From NCBI GenBank assembly GCA_002890675.1, contig PEFW01000001.1:39610-103609 (forward strand): DNA of 64,000 nt, given 5' to 3'. The translations under genes and the position numbers were made by a program. The stretch comes from Candidatus Methylaffinis lahnbergensis. GTDB lineage: Bacteria; Pseudomonadota; Alphaproteobacteria; Rhizobiales; Beijerinckiaceae. The notes under the pieces were generated by a model. That model did not search any database. It was given only the letters and a program-made list of their open reading frames with translations, and was not told the origin of the DNA. Below are positions 20,652 to 33,887 of the stretch, piece by piece; positions within the stretch are counted from its first letter, which is position 1, and the number at the start of each line of letters is the position of its first letter.

Positions 20652-21083
20652 CTATTTTAGCGAGGCCCAAAGAAAAAGCACAGTCGCGGTGGCGCCAAGC
20701 ATGCTCCGCACCGCGTGCAATCTGCCCCATTTCTGGATCAGCTCGCGGCTTTTCGGGCCTGCATTTTGCGGTTCGATTTCCATCAAGAGCTTATTCGTCG
20801 GCAAGATGGCAATGAGCGTGAATGGCCAGTTGGCAAGGAGCACGAAGGCTCCCGCGACCCAACGCCAGTCCATTCCGGCGTGCGCGGCGATGACACCAAG
20901 GAGAAAGCCGATGATGGCCAAGGACGCTTGCATCGCAAAGCCGCGATTATAGGCGGGTTTCCATTCAGCGAGGAGGGCCCGGTCGTCAAGCATGAGGCGG
21001 GCAGGCTGTTCCGCCACATTGACGTAGACAGCGGCGCCGGTGAATAGAGCGGCGGCGATGAGTGCGAGTTGTCCTGCGAGCAT
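20652..21083 (-). CDS. DUF1772 (anthrone oxygenase-like) membrane protein
   Basis: AALFTGAAVYVNVAEQPAR...WKPAYNRGFAMQASL...NWPFTLIAILPTN...WGRLHAVRS. Start is ATG21083. Confidence 0.85.
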   Translation of the reverse strand: MLAGQLALIAAALFTGAAVYVNVAEQPARLMLDDRALLAEWKPAYNRGFAMQASLAIIGFLLGVIAAHAGMDWRWVAGAFVLLANWPFTLIAILPTNKLLMEIEPQNAGPKSRELIQKWGRLHAVRSMLGATATVLFLWASLK

Positions 21084-21262
21084 GCTTTTGCATCCTTTCG
21101 TTCTTCCAACTTGCAATTCGCCCGCGAAATCCTCGCGAACGGGAAAATGTTGCTTCTCTTTCGTTCCATTGTAAGGCATGGGAATAAATAAGCAGACAGG
21201 CAAGTCTCCTCCTTAGCAACTGAGCAAAGCCTAGTCCTTCGGAACACGCGCCCCTTTTGACG

Positions 21263-21778
21263 ATGACCTCCTCGAATGAACATTTTGCGGCGGTGGTCAT
21301 GCCTCACCTCGACGACGCCTACGCGCTGGCCCGTTGGCTTACCGGCAACAGCGCCGACGCGGAAGATATTGTCCAGGAAGCCTGTTTGCGGGCGCTGCGA
21401 GGTCTCGATCGCTACGCCGGCGGAAACGCCCGCGCTTGGCTTCTGGCCATCACGCGAAACGCGGCCTTCACCTGGCTCGCGCGGAATAGGCCGAAAGCGC
21501 TGCTGGCAACCGAGGACATCGAAGCCCTGGCGCCGGCGGATGGAGCGGCGACGCCGGAAGAAGCCTTGATTGCCAAGGCCGATGCCGCGGCAATTGAGCG
21601 CGCGATCGCCGCCTTGCCGCCGCCTTTCAAGGAAACCCTCGTGCTGCGCGACATTAATGATCTAAGCTACCGTGAGATCGCCGAAATAACCGGCGTGCCC
21701 TTGGGCACGGTGATGTCGCGCCTCGCCCGCGCGCGCGATCTCCTCAAGGCGGCTTTGGGGAGGCCAGAGGCAAAATGA
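21263..21778 (+). CDS. ECF sigma-70 factor
   Basis: Region 2 AEDIVQEACLRA...AWLLAITRN; region 4 LSYREIAEITGVPLGTVMSRLARAR. Confidence 0.92.
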   Translation: MTSSNEHFAAVVMPHLDDAYALARWLTGNSADAEDIVQEACLRALRGLDRYAGGNARAWLLAITRNAAFTWLARNRPKALLATEDIEALAPADGAATPEEALIAKADAAAIERAIAALPPPFKETLVLRDINDLSYREIAEITGVPLGTVMSRLARARDLLKAALGRPEAK

Positions 21779-22539
21779 GCCCAGGCAACGAAACTCTTCT
21801 CACCCAGGCGGCGCTCGACGGCGAGCTCGACGCCGCCGGTATGCTCGATTTCGAAAATCGATTGGCCGCAAACGCTTCCCTTGCCGCCGAATACGGCCGC
21901 CTGAAAACGCTGCGCGAGGTCATGCGCCGGGAACTCGTTAAGCCGGTGGCGCCGCCAGCGTTGCGCCAGCGCATCGCCGCGATGGCCGCGCCCTCCATCG
22001 CGCCGCGGGCGGCCCCGCCTTGGCGGGCCATGGCGGCATCGTTCATCCTGGCCGCGGGTCTCGGCAGCGCTTCGACATGGCTCGCGCTGCGCCCGGCGAT
22101 CGAGGACACCAATCTTGCCGGCACGCTCATCGCCGATCATAAACGCGGTCTTCTTTCTGGCCAGCCCACCGACGTCGCATCTTCCGATCGCCACACGGTC
22201 AAGCCGTGGTTTGCGACTCGTTTCGCGCTGGCCCCAAAAGTGATCGATTTGGGGCCTCAAGGCTTTCCCCTCGCCGGAGGCCGGATAGACGTCATCGCCG
22301 GCGCACCCGCGCCCGTCCTGGTCTATCGGCACAGCGAGCATTTCATCAGCCTGACCTCCCTGCCCGCGCGGGGCTCGCCCCCGCCTCAGGCGTTTGTCGT
22401 TGACGGCTATTCCGTTCAGGTCTGGCGTACTGGCGGCACCGAATACTGGGCTATCTCGGACATCGACCCCGCCGAACTTGCAAATTTCCGCCAGCTTTTC
22501 GACGCCGCCGCCAAAAGCGGTCCGGAGAAGACCGGTTGA
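21775..22539 (+). CDS. Transmembrane anti-sigma factor
   Basis: ATGA overlap with the sigma gene; LDGELD N-terminus, one TM segment, SSDRHTVKPWF...GGRIDVI periplasmic domain. Confidence 0.88.
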   Translation: MSPGNETLLTQAALDGELDAAGMLDFENRLAANASLAAEYGRLKTLREVMRRELVKPVAPPALRQRIAAMAAPSIAPRAAPPWRAMAASFILAAGLGSASTWLALRPAIEDTNLAGTLIADHKRGLLSGQPTDVASSDRHTVKPWFATRFALAPKVIDLGPQGFPLAGGRIDVIAGAPAPVLVYRHSEHFISLTSLPARGSPPPQAFVVDGYSVQVWRTGGTEYWAISDIDPAELANFRQLFDAAAKSGPEKTG

Positions 22540-22666
22540 GACCCGTGCCGTTGCATATCCTTGCGCCCGAACCTGGTTCGCTGCCCGTCCGGTAGAGCGG
22601 CCGGGCGCCCACGCCGGGGTCGGCCGGGGGCGCGAAAAAGTGAGCGGCTTTCTAGAAACCCTATAA

Positions 22667-22780
22667 TGTAAAAGATTGGATTTGATAGCTCGGTCAATGT
22701 CAGGTTGTTTCGCCATTCATCTCATGGCGGGTTGCGATTTCTTGCGACAGTGACTGAAATCTCAAATCCAGATTTTTACA
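22667..22780. mobile_element. 114-bp MITE with TGT...ACA termini and a 7-bp target-site duplication
   Basis: TGTAAAAGATTGGATTTGA (22667-22685) and TCAAATCCAGATTTTTACA (22762-22780) are 16/19 complementary. CCTATAA occurs at 22660-22666 and 22781-22787. Confidence 0.8.
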
Positions 22781-22781
22781 C

Positions 22782-23543
22782 CTATAAAAGCGGCCTATTG
22801 CCACTCCCCAAAGGCCGGCTTTGCGAGGCGTCCTCGCGCCGCAGCTTCCGCGCCACCTTGAAAACGTTAACGGCGAAGAGAGAGACGAAAACGCTTCCCG
22901 CGCCGCAAAACACGAGATCGTAGGGCGAGAACGTCTCGCCTGCGATCGCAATCCTCGAATCGCCGGCAAAATACATCCAACAATTGAGGCCGATCAAGCC
23001 GGCGCGAAGCTCCGTTGGCCCGAGCGCCAGAAACGATAACTGAAACCTTTGCGAGACGTGGTTGTACAAAAACACGTACATGCAGAGCATGAAATAGCCG
23101 AGCAGCGCAAACAAAGCTACGTCCAACCGGATATAGACGGAAAGCCCGGCGCCGGCCATGATCGCCAAGTTGCAGAGCGCATCGACGGAATGATCGAGAA
23201 AATAGCCGTAGCGCGGCCGCTCTATCCGGCGGTAGCGGGCGAGGCTTCCGTCGAGCGAATCGCCGAGCCAGTGGATGACGAAGCCGAGCGTCGCCAGCCA
23301 GAAAAACGCCGGATGCATGCGGGTCGCCGCGTAGCCTGCAAACACCAGCGCGGCGCCGCAAGCGCCAAATCCGGTGAGCTTGTCCGGGGTGACGGCGCGC
23401 GGCATATGCAGGCAAAGCCAGTCGAGGAAATCGCGCTCGTGGCGGGCGAGAATATTGTCTTGAACGCGCGAGACTGCCGGCGGCGGCCTTAGCGCCAGTT
23501 GGGCTTCTTGAACGAGAGCAAGGCGTTGCACCACTCCCCCCAC
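22782..23543 (-). CDS. CDP-alcohol phosphatidyltransferase family protein (start codon uncertain, GTG 23543 or 23531)
   Basis: DSLDGSLARYRRIERPRYGYFLDHSVD fits the DxxDGxxAR...GxxxDxxxD signature; multiple TM segments. Confidence 0.88.
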   Translation of the reverse strand: MGGVVQRLALVQEAQLALRPPPAVSRVQDNILARHERDFLDWLCLHMPRAVTPDKLTGFGACGAALVFAGYAATRMHPAFFWLATLGFVIHWLGDSLDGSLARYRRIERPRYGYFLDHSVDALCNLAIMAGAGLSVYIRLDVALFALLGYFMLCMYVFLYNHVSQRFQLSFLALGPTELRAGLIGLNCWMYFAGDSRIAIAGETFSPYDLVFCGAGSVFVSLFAVNVFKVARKLRREDASQSRPLGSGNRPLL

Positions 23544-24278
23544 GCATTACGGATTATCAATAACTCTGCGCGCCCATGTTTAACGTATATTTATCTTGTG
23601 GCAACCCAATACGATTGCCGGAGAATGTGGCAAAAAAACGCAAAGACCGGCGTGGCCGGCGCGAATTCTTGTGGAACATGCTGCAATTTTTTCATTTTGC
23701 GCGATTCCTTTTCCATCACATGATTGCCTTTGTCGGGATAGCACATTCCCGCGATTCCGGGGTGGATCGAGCAGGCCATGCGACCCCAAGCGCTCCCCCG
23801 CGATGCGCGATTGACTTATCGCACGTGATAATCAAATTCAGGTTTTGCATGACCGCCGCGGTATCGACGAAAGCATCCGCGCCGGCGTCGAATACCTCGC
23901 CAGGCACGATCAATCCTGGCAAGAACTCATCCTGCGCGAAAGCGTCCATCATTTCTATGCTGACGAGTCGCACGCCGTCCGTCCGAGCGAGATTCGTGAA
24001 GCAAAGCGAGAGGGACCGAACGTGCCGGGTCGGGCTTGCACGTTCGGATTGCCGGGCAGCCAAATGCCGCCTGATGACAATGCCGCTTCCCTTGGGCTAT
24101 CAATCCTTGATTCACGAACGGTATGGATCGTTATCAGCGAAACTTCGCACAAACTTGCTTAGCCGCACCCAAAGGTTCGCTTCGTCCCCCTTCGCTGTGT
24201 ATCAAGGGTGCCACGCTGCAGTTCGCGCGCGCGAATACTAACTTTAGGACGGCCCGTGTGCCTCTCGATGGCAAGCCA

Positions 24279-24788
24279 ATGGCGGATCTTTCCCTCACGC
24301 TCAGCCCGCAAACGCCAGCCGACCTCGCGGCTATCGAAAAGCTCGACGAGCGCGCTTTTGGGCCAGGCCGGTTCGCCCGTTCGGCCTACAGGCTGCGCGA
24401 AGGGAGCGAGCCGGACTACGCCTTGTCCTTCGTCGGGAGGGTCGGCACATTGCTTGTCGGCGCCAACCGGATGACGCCAATTTTCTGCGCCAACCGGCCT
24501 GCGCTGCTGCTTGGCCCGCTGACGGTCGATCCGCCATTTCGCGCGGGCGGAATCGGCGAAGAGCTGGTGATGAAATCGCTGGACGCCGCGCGGGCGGCTG
24601 GGCACGGATTGGTTTTGCTCGTCGGCGACATGTCCTATTATGGCCGGATGGGATTCGCGCCGGTGCCGCCGGGCAGGCTCGTGTTCGCGGGACCCGTCGA
24701 TCCGGAGCGCCTGCTCTATTGCGAACTCGTCGAGGGCGCCTTCGAAGGCGTGCAGGGAAAGGTGCGGCGGGCGCCACTCAGAAAGTGA
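24279..24788 (+). CDS. GNAT N-acetyltransferase (YhbS-like)
   Basis: FGPGRFARSAYRLREG, LLLGPLTVDP.FRAGGIG, VLLVGDMSYYGRMGF. Confidence 0.88.
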   Translation: MADLSLTLSPQTPADLAAIEKLDERAFGPGRFARSAYRLREGSEPDYALSFVGRVGTLLVGANRMTPIFCANRPALLLGPLTVDPPFRAGGIGEELVMKSLDAARAAGHGLVLLVGDMSYYGRMGFAPVPPGRLVFAGPVDPERLLYCELVEGAFEGVQGKVRRAPLRK

Positions 24789-24949
24789 AAACGGGCGCGC
24801 CCAGACGGCCGCAACCGGGACTTGCGGCCGCGCCCTTGGCGCGCACCATTTGGTTGAGTTGAGCTTGAAACTATGCATCACTAGCGCAGAACAATGCTTG
24901 AGTCAGAAAAAAGGGATGCGACAGTGAGAATCGGCGGCGCGGCGGGGAA

Positions 24950-25400
24950 TGAATCCGAAACCGGGCTCGCACCGGTCGAACCGAAGAGTCTGATCGGTAT
25001 CGTTGGCAACAACGCTCATCAAAGGAAGAATTCGCTTATCAGTTTCCCAACCTATGAACTGACAATCGTCGAGTTCGACGATCAAGGCCGTTGCCAAGAA
25101 TGTGCGCACATGCTTTCCTTTGGGGAACGCTTTTTCTCTGGTCACGGAAATATGGAAAGATCGGCATGAACGGCAGGCCATTCTTCACACGATCGGTCAT
25201 ATTTCCTGGCTGAAAACCCACGATCTTTCGGCCGAATCCGGTGCCGGTGAGGCCACCGATTATAAACTTTGGCCTCCGGCTCCGGGCAAGATGAGCACAA
25301 CTCCATTCTGGGTTGTTCAAGCGACACCTGATGTGATTGATGGCCACAGGTATCTTCAAACCCCGGTTCATGACCTTCGTCGCGGATCTCGTGTTCGCCC
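24950..25400 (+). pseudogene. Internally deleted remnant of a probable alpha/beta-hydrolase-like gene
   Basis: YELTIVEFDDQGRC in one frame and LHTIGHISWLKTH...PFWVVQATPDVIDGH in another resemble the two ends of one family; the middle is missing. Family assignment is from memory only. Confidence 0.35.
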
Positions 25401-25509
25401 ACGCCGACCAAACCGCCGGACGAGAGGCGAATTTGCAATTTCACCAGGGCGCGTACGGACTGGCGCCTGCTTCACCCTGAGCCGCACTTATTTTTGCTGA
25501 TTGCTTACG

Positions 25510-25761
25510 TATCGACTCTATCGAGGCTCCGGCGCACCCCGTGCCCCCCGCCGCTTCTGCCTTCAGCCAGTTATGCAGCGTCTGATCGAAAGATCAACGT
25601 CTTGGCCATGGACGAGACATCATGCCCTTCAAGAACAAGCCGCACCGCCTCCTCTTTGAATTCCAGCGTGTACCGTGCCCAAACCAATCCCGTCATCTGA
25701 AACCCTCCAAGGCCGATCCGACACAATCAGCCTTGGGGGATGTTTTTCGGGAGCAGGATCA
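25510..25761 (-). mobile_element. IS3-family left end and frameshifted orfA remnant
   Basis: Terminus TGATCCTGCTCCC at 25761, GGAGG plus ATG25696, ARYTLEFKEEAVRLV, then QTLHNWLK in a shifted frame. No orfB. Confidence 0.75.
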
Positions 25762-25782
25762 AGATCGTACTTGTCCAGTCCA

Positions 25783-26298
25783 TCATTCCCAAAGCGAGGC
25801 TCCCGCATCCCGGCCCGCGAGAAGCCAATAAACCGAACCGGAAATCAGGCCGGCAACGAAGAAAACAAGGGCAAACCGCAATTCCACAAAGTTGTAGTCC
25901 GTCGCTCTTGGCAGATGCAATGCCGCGCGAACGACCCATGGCGCGGAGGCGGCGGCGGCGGCGGTGGCGCCGGCATACCAGGAAAGCGCGCGCACTCTAG
26001 CAACCTCGCCGAGCGAGGCCACGGCAAGGACGGGAACGGCGCAGACCATCATGACCGCCTTCCAGACGAGGTGGATCAGCGCGGCCAAAACGTCGCCATT
26101 GAGCCCGTCAGCGATATCCGCATCGGCAAGCAGCCAAACGGCAAACTGGATCAGAGCAAAACCCGCCGCGCGCGTCACCGGATCGGCGAGCGCTACGGCC
26201 GGCAAAAAGACGAGTCCGGCGCCAATCGCGACCGCGCGAAGATCACGCCGATCGCTCTTCGCGGCCAAACCATGCGGACCTTTCGTTCGATCAGCCAA
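25783..26298 (-). CDS. Hypothetical multi-TM membrane protein
   Basis: 171-aa ORF with about 4 hydrophobic helices; no recognised family. Confidence 0.6.
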   Translation of the reverse strand: MADRTKGPHGLAAKSDRRDLRAVAIGAGLVFLPAVALADPVTRAAGFALIQFAVWLLADADIADGLNGDVLAALIHLVWKAVMMVCAVPVLAVASLGEVARVRALSWYAGATAAAAASAPWVVRAALHLPRATDYNFVELRFALVFFVAGLISGSVYWLLAGRDAGASLWE

Positions 26299-26472
26299 CT
26301 CTGTCCGGCGCCTTTCGCGGCGCGGGCATTTCGAGGCATTTTTTTTGAATTGTATCTCTCAGGTGGAATTTTGTCGATATTTGCTAAAAGTGCGAGACTA
26401 TATGTTTGCACTGGGGATCTCGCGCTGTGCCCGCGACGAGCCGGTCAGGAATGAGGACGGGTTGAAGTCGCC

Positions 26473-26688
26473 ATGTATATCATCGCCCGCAACATCTCAG
26501 GCCCGCGCTTGCGTTGCGAAGCCTTGATGGTCGATAAGAAAACTTTCACGCCGTGGCCTCCGGTCACGGAGGACGGCTGGCGGCGGGCCTATAAATTCCG
26601 CGACCGGCTGATGGCCGAGGTGGTGCGTCTCGAACTCGACCCCCTGGGGGAAGAACTCAAGGTCATCGAGGCGGTTTATATCCGCTGA
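26473..26688 (+). CDS. Hypothetical small protein
   Basis: 71-aa ATG ORF with no overlap, convergent on msrB with a 13-bp gap. Confidence 0.5.
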   Translation: MYIIARNISGPRLRCEALMVDKKTFTPWPPVTEDGWRRAYKFRDRLMAEVVRLELDPLGEELKVIEAVYIR

Positions 26689-26701
26689 TCGCCCGCGCGC
26701 T

Positions 26702-27103
26702 TCACTCGGGAAGAAACTTCATCGCGACGCCATTGATGCAATAGCGCAAATACGTCGGCGGCGGCCCGTCTGGAAAGACGTGGCCGAGATGGCTGCCGCA
26801 GCGGCTGCAATGCACCTCGGTGCGTACCATACCATGGCTCCGATCCCCGCTGTTCTCGATGGCGCCTTCGCAGGGATCGTTAAAACTCGGCCAGCCCGTG
26901 CCGCTATCGAATTTTTTGCTCGACACGAAAAGGCGCTGGCCGCATCCGGCGCAGACAAATACGCCTGGCCGCTTTTCATGATTGAGGGCGCAGCTGCCCG
27001 GCGTCTCGGTGCCATGCCCGCGCATGATCCGATATTGTTCGGGAGTGAGAAGCCGCCGCCATTCTTCATCTGTATGGGTTACGTCAAACGCCTTGCTCTG
27101 CAT
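26702..27103 (-). CDS. msrB: Peptide-methionine (R)-S-oxide reductase
   Basis: KFDSGTGWPSF, RTEVHCSRCGSHLGHVFPDGPPPT.LRYCING; two CxxC Zn motifs. Confidence 0.96.
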   Translation of the reverse strand: MQSKAFDVTHTDEEWRRLLTPEQYRIMRGHGTETPGSCALNHEKRPGVFVCAGCGQRLFVSSKKFDSGTGWPSFNDPCEGAIENSGDRSHGMVRTEVHCSRCGSHLGHVFPDGPPPTYLRYCINGVAMKFLPE

Positions 27104-27138
27104 GGTCACTCGTTCTCGTGGAGTTCGCGAATCAAGCC

Positions 27139-29652
<2,514 letters not shown>

Positions 29653-29943
29653 TCAATTATAACCCGTATGGAATTGAAGGTCATATTTTTTAATCTATTT
29701 TCGAGCATTTCCAGGCGGTTTAGGGCGCTATGCACACGTGCTTTTTGGTCGCTGTCGGGCGGACCCGCAAAGGCCGCGGCGGCCAGATTTGCCGCGCCGC
29801 GATCCCCCATCGACGAGGCGGCTCTTTGGACAGCAACCGCCACGTCCAGCCAGCGAACCGGACGCGGCTCTTCGGTCGAGACCCTGCGCGGAGCGAAGCA
29901 TCCAAGCCGTAAACCGTGCCGCCTTTTGCAAATCGGATGGCTC

Positions 29944-32541
29944 TCAGGCAGCTAACCCGGCCACGGCCCTGCCGGCAATCAGAAGGCCATTCTTGTCGGC
30001 GCCGACGACGACCTTCTCGCCGTCGTGGATTTCGCCCGCCAAGATCAATTCGGCCAAGGGATCCTGCACGTTCTTCTGGATCACCCGCTTCAAGGGCCGC
30101 GCGCCATAGGCTGGATCATAGCCCTTGGCCGCAAGCCACGCGCGGGCCTCGGCCTTTAGCTCGAGCGTGATCTTGCGATCCTCCAGGAGTTTGCCCAGCC
30201 GCCCGAACTGAATATCGACGATGGCGCCCATATCGTCGCGGTGTAGCCGGTGGAACAGGATGATTTCGTCGACGCGGTTCAAGAACTCCGGCCGGAAATG
30301 CGCGCGCACCATTTGCATCACTTCCGAATGGACGGCGGACGAATCCTCGCCCTCCTTTTGCAGCACGAGCAAATCGGCGCCAAGATTGGATGTCATGACG
30401 ATCAGAACGTTGCGGAAATCGACCGTGCGCCCCTGCCCGTCGGTCAGTCGGCCGTCGTCGAGAACTTGCAGCAAGACGTTGAAGACGTCTGGATGGGCCT
30501 TCTCGATTTCGTCGAAGAGAACGACCTGATAGGGCCTGCGGCGCACCGCCTCCGTCAAGGCGCCCCCTTCCTCGTAGCCGACATAGCCGGGCGGCGCGCC
30601 AATCAGACGGGCGACCGAATGTTTCTCCATATATTCCGACATGTCGATGCGCACGAGCGCGGCGTCATCGTCGAAAAGGAAGGCGGCGAGCGCCTTGGTG
30701 AGCTCGGTCTTGCCGACACCTGTCGGCCCCAGGAACATGAAGGAGCCAATTGGGCGATTGGGATCCTGCAGCCCCGCCCGCGCCCGCCGCACCGCGGTCG
30801 AGACCGCCTTGACCGCTTCCGCCTGGCCGACGACGCGGCGGCTAAGCGCGTCCTCCATTTTCAACAGCTTGTCGCGTTCGCCCTCCAGCATTTTGTCGAC
30901 GGGAATGCCGGTCCAGCGCGAGACCACCTGCGCGACGTGATTGGGAGTCACCGCTTCGTCCACGAGAACGCCGCCGCGTTCGGCCTCGGTGGCGGCGAGC
31001 CTTTTTTCGAGACCGGGAATGACGCCGTAAGTGAGTTCGCCGGCGCGCTGATATTCGCCGCGCCGTTGGACCTGAGTAAGTTCGTTGCGGGCACCCTCGA
31101 GCTGCTCCTTGAGTTTCTGTTCCGAGCCGAGTTTGTCCTTCTCGGCGTGCCAACGCGCGGTCAACGAGGCGGATTTCTCCTCAAGCCCGGCAAGTTCGAC
31201 ACTGAGCTTTTCCAGGCGCTCCTTCGAGGCGGAATCGGTCTCCTTTTTCAAGGCCTCCTGCTCGATCTTGAGCTGAATGATCCGGCGGTCGAGTTCGTCG
31301 AGCTTTTCCGGCTTCGAGTCGATTTGCATGCGCAAGCGGGAGCTCGCTTCATCAATGAGATCGATTGCCTTGTCAGGCAGGAACCGGTCGGCGATATAGC
31401 GGTGCGACAGCGTCGCGGCGGCGACGATCGCGGCATCAAGGATGCGCACACCATGGTGCAATTCGTATCTTTCCTTGAGACCGCGCAGGATCGAGATGGT
31501 GTCGGCGACGCTCGGCTCGGAGACGAACACCGACTGGAAGCGGCGCGCCAGCGCGGCATCCTTTTCGACATGCTTGCGATATTCGTCTAGCGTGGTCGCG
31601 CCGATGCAATGGAGCTCGCCCCGCGCGAGCGCCGGTTTCAAAAGGTTCGACGCGTCCATCGCGCCATCCGCCTTGCCCGCGCCAACGAGCGTGTGCATCT
31701 CGTCGATGAATAAAATAATTCCGCCCGCGGCGGCGATAATTTCATTTAAGACCGCCTTCAGCCGCTCTTCAAACTCGCCGCGATATTTCGCTCCCGCGAT
31801 GAGCGAGCCCATGTCGAGCGCGAGAAGCTTCTTGTCGCGCAGGCTTTCCGGCACATCGCCATTGACGATCCGCAGCGCAAGGCCTTCGACGATCGCGGTC
31901 TTGCCGACACCAGGCTCGCCGATCAGAACCGGATTATTCTTCGTGCGCCGCGACAATACCTGAATGGTTCGCCGGATTTCTTCGTCGCGGCCGATCACCG
32001 GATCGAGTTTTCCCGCCCGCGCGGCATCGGTCAGATCGCGCGCGTATTTCTTCAAGGCATCGTAGGCGTTTTCGGCGGTCGGATTGTCGGCGGTGCGGCC
32101 CTTGCGGAGATCCTCGATCGCGGCGTTGAGAGTCTGCGGCGTGACGCCTGCCCGGTCGAGGATCTTGGCCGCGTCCGTGCCTTTCTCCATGGCAAGCGCA
32201 AGCAACAGCCGCTCGACCGTGACATACGAGTCGCCCGCCTTTTGCGCGATCTTCTCGGAATTGTCGAAAACGCGCGCCGTCGCGGGGGCAAGATACAATT
32301 GCCCCGCGGCAGAACCTTGCACCTTCGGCAATTTGGCAAGCGCGAGCTCGGTGTCGCGCAGCGCGTCGCGCGAGCGCCCCCCCGCCCTGTCGATGAGGCC
32401 AGCGCTAAGCCCTTCCTCGTCGTCGAGAAGAACCTTCAAAACATGTTCGGGCGTAAATTGCTGGTGCCCTTCACGGGTAGCGAGAGACTGGGCGCTTTGA
32501 ACGAAGCCCCGCGCCCTTTCGGTGTATTTTTCAAGATTCAT
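29944..32541 (-). CDS. clpB: ATP-dependent chaperone ClpB
   Basis: MNLEKYTER start, GEPGVGKT and GPTGVGKT Walker A motifs, coiled-coil middle domain, GARPLKR; 865 aa from ATG32541. Confidence 0.97.
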   Translation of the reverse strand: MNLEKYTERARGFVQSAQSLATREGHQQFTPEHVLKVLLDDEEGLSAGLIDRAGGRSRDALRDTELALAKLPKVQGSAAGQLYLAPATARVFDNSEKIAQKAGDSYVTVERLLLALAMEKGTDAAKILDRAGVTPQTLNAAIEDLRKGRTADNPTAENAYDALKKYARDLTDAARAGKLDPVIGRDEEIRRTIQVLSRRTKNNPVLIGEPGVGKTAIVEGLALRIVNGDVPESLRDKKLLALDMGSLIAGAKYRGEFEERLKAVLNEIIAAAGGIILFIDEMHTLVGAGKADGAMDASNLLKPALARGELHCIGATTLDEYRKHVEKDAALARRFQSVFVSEPSVADTISILRGLKERYELHHGVRILDAAIVAAATLSHRYIADRFLPDKAIDLIDEASSRLRMQIDSKPEKLDELDRRIIQLKIEQEALKKETDSASKERLEKLSVELAGLEEKSASLTARWHAEKDKLGSEQKLKEQLEGARNELTQVQRRGEYQRAGELTYGVIPGLEKRLAATEAERGGVLVDEAVTPNHVAQVVSRWTGIPVDKMLEGERDKLLKMEDALSRRVVGQAEAVKAVSTAVRRARAGLQDPNRPIGSFMFLGPTGVGKTELTKALAAFLFDDDAALVRIDMSEYMEKHSVARLIGAPPGYVGYEEGGALTEAVRRRPYQVVLFDEIEKAHPDVFNVLLQVLDDGRLTDGQGRTVDFRNVLIVMTSNLGADLLVLQKEGEDSSAVHSEVMQMVRAHFRPEFLNRVDEIILFHRLHRDDMGAIVDIQFGRLGKLLEDRKITLELKAEARAWLAAKGYDPAYGARPLKRVIQKNVQDPLAELILAGEIHDGEKVVVGADKNGLLIAGRAVAGLAA

Positions 32542-32939
32542 GGCTGATCTACCCTGCCCGCTACATCGCCCCGTAGCGGCGAATTGCGTGGCGCAACTGA
32601 ACCGAGCCCTTTCCGGCGGCGTTAGAAGAAAATGTAGGAGCGAAATGCGTGCGCGGTAGAGCCGATCGCAGGGAAAAGATTCGTTGATCTGAGGCGCGCA
32701 AGTGAGATGGGGATGAAGGCGGCAAGTTGACGTGCAAGGGAAATTCGCGCTCTCGCCGTGGTCAAACAAATTTCAGCCGAACATTCTCACCAGCGGCAGA
32801 CGCGCCGCGGCCCCAAGGCGTTGGCCGGAATCAGCAGCGGCGGCCAACCGGCCCCCAATTGCGCCGGCAGCCGCCCCCCATAAGGGCCGCGCGCCCGGCA
32901 AATCAAGGCAAACAACCAAACTAACAACGGGCCCGTGGC

Positions 32940-33887
32940 TTAATCCTGGACCGGATCATTGGCATTCGCCGCTTCGCCACTGTGCGGCCCGGCTGCCCCC
33001 GTTTCCGCCTTGCCCCCGCGCCTACGAGTGGGACGCGGATGAAAGCCGGTGGCCGCATCGTTCGTCTCTAGCGGACCGGCGAGCAAGGGGGAAAGTGCCT
33101 CGACGGGCGGCGCGGCGTCATGGGCTTCGGCTGGGACGCGAACCGGGGCAGTGATGAACGCCGGAAGGACGTTGCCTTCGACGGCCTCGGCCATTTGGGG
33201 CTCGGCGCGCGGATCGACCCGGATCGGGCCTTCATTGCGAAAATCGCGCGGACTCCGTCCACGGTTGCCGCGACTCTCCTGATCGCGGCCGCGCCCATTG
33301 CGTTCTTGATAGGGCCGCTGCTCCTGATACGGTTTTTCCGGGTAGGCTTGATATTTCCTGTCCCGGTAATTCCTGTCTTGAAAAGGGCGCTCCGGCCGCG
33401 GAACACGGTCCGGCCGGGTGAAATCCTGGTTGTCCCCATTGCCATGGAAAGACCGCTCCGGATTGGGCTGCGCGGGGCCGGGCTGAGATTGTGGCGGGAT
33501 GCTTGGCTGCGGCGGAGCAAGGCGCTCGACAGGGGAAGCGAATCGGTCAGGCATGCCGCCGAAATCGCTGTCGTCGTCGGCCTCTTCCACATTGGCTTCG
33601 CCAGGCTGACCCTGATAGACGCCGGGTCCTTGTTGTTGGACTTGCTGCGCCGCCGCGATCAGCCGAAAATAATGTTCGGCATGCTGGAGATAGCTCTCCG
33701 CCATGACTGGATCGCCAGAAGTTTGCGCGTCGCGCGCCAACTGGAGGTATTTTTCGCCGATGTGGTGGGCCGTTCCACGAATTTTCACATCGGGGCCGCT
33801 CGATTCATAGGATCTCGTCAGAGGATTCGGTCCCTTGCGATTGTTGGGGCGGCCGCGCATGCGTTTGTTATTCTGTCCAGGTCTCAT
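32940..33887 (-). CDS. DUF4167-domain protein
   Basis: RSYESSGPDVKIRGTAHHIGEKYLQLARDA..SGD.VMAESYLQHAEHYFR followed by a low-complexity tail; usual position between prmC and clpB. Confidence 0.9.
   Translation of the reverse strand: MRPGQNNKRMRGRPNNRKGPNPLTRSYESSGPDVKIRGTAHHIGEKYLQLARDAQTSGDPVMAESYLQHAEHYFRLIAAAQQVQQQGPGVYQGQPGEANVEEADDDSDFGGMPDRFASPVERLAPPQPSIPPQSQPGPAQPNPERSFHGNGDNQDFTRPDRVPRPERPFQDRNYRDRKYQAYPEKPYQEQRPYQERNGRGRDQESRGNRGRSPRDFRNEGPIRVDPRAEPQMAEAVEGNVLPAFITAPVRVPAEAHDAAPPVEALSPLLAGPLETNDAATGFHPRPTRRRGGKAETGAAGPHSGEAANANDPVQD

Noticed and set aside
23803-24162. 105-aa ORF, possibly the remainder of a gene starting at ATG23803 with an early TGA
   Set aside because: No recognisable family, so a pseudogene cannot be distinguished from non-coding DNA.
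32700-32745. RpoH-like promoter upstream of clpB (CTTG ... CCCCATCT on the minus strand)
   Set aside because: The two candidate CTTG elements give spacers that are too short or too long for the consensus. Plausible biologically but not supportable.
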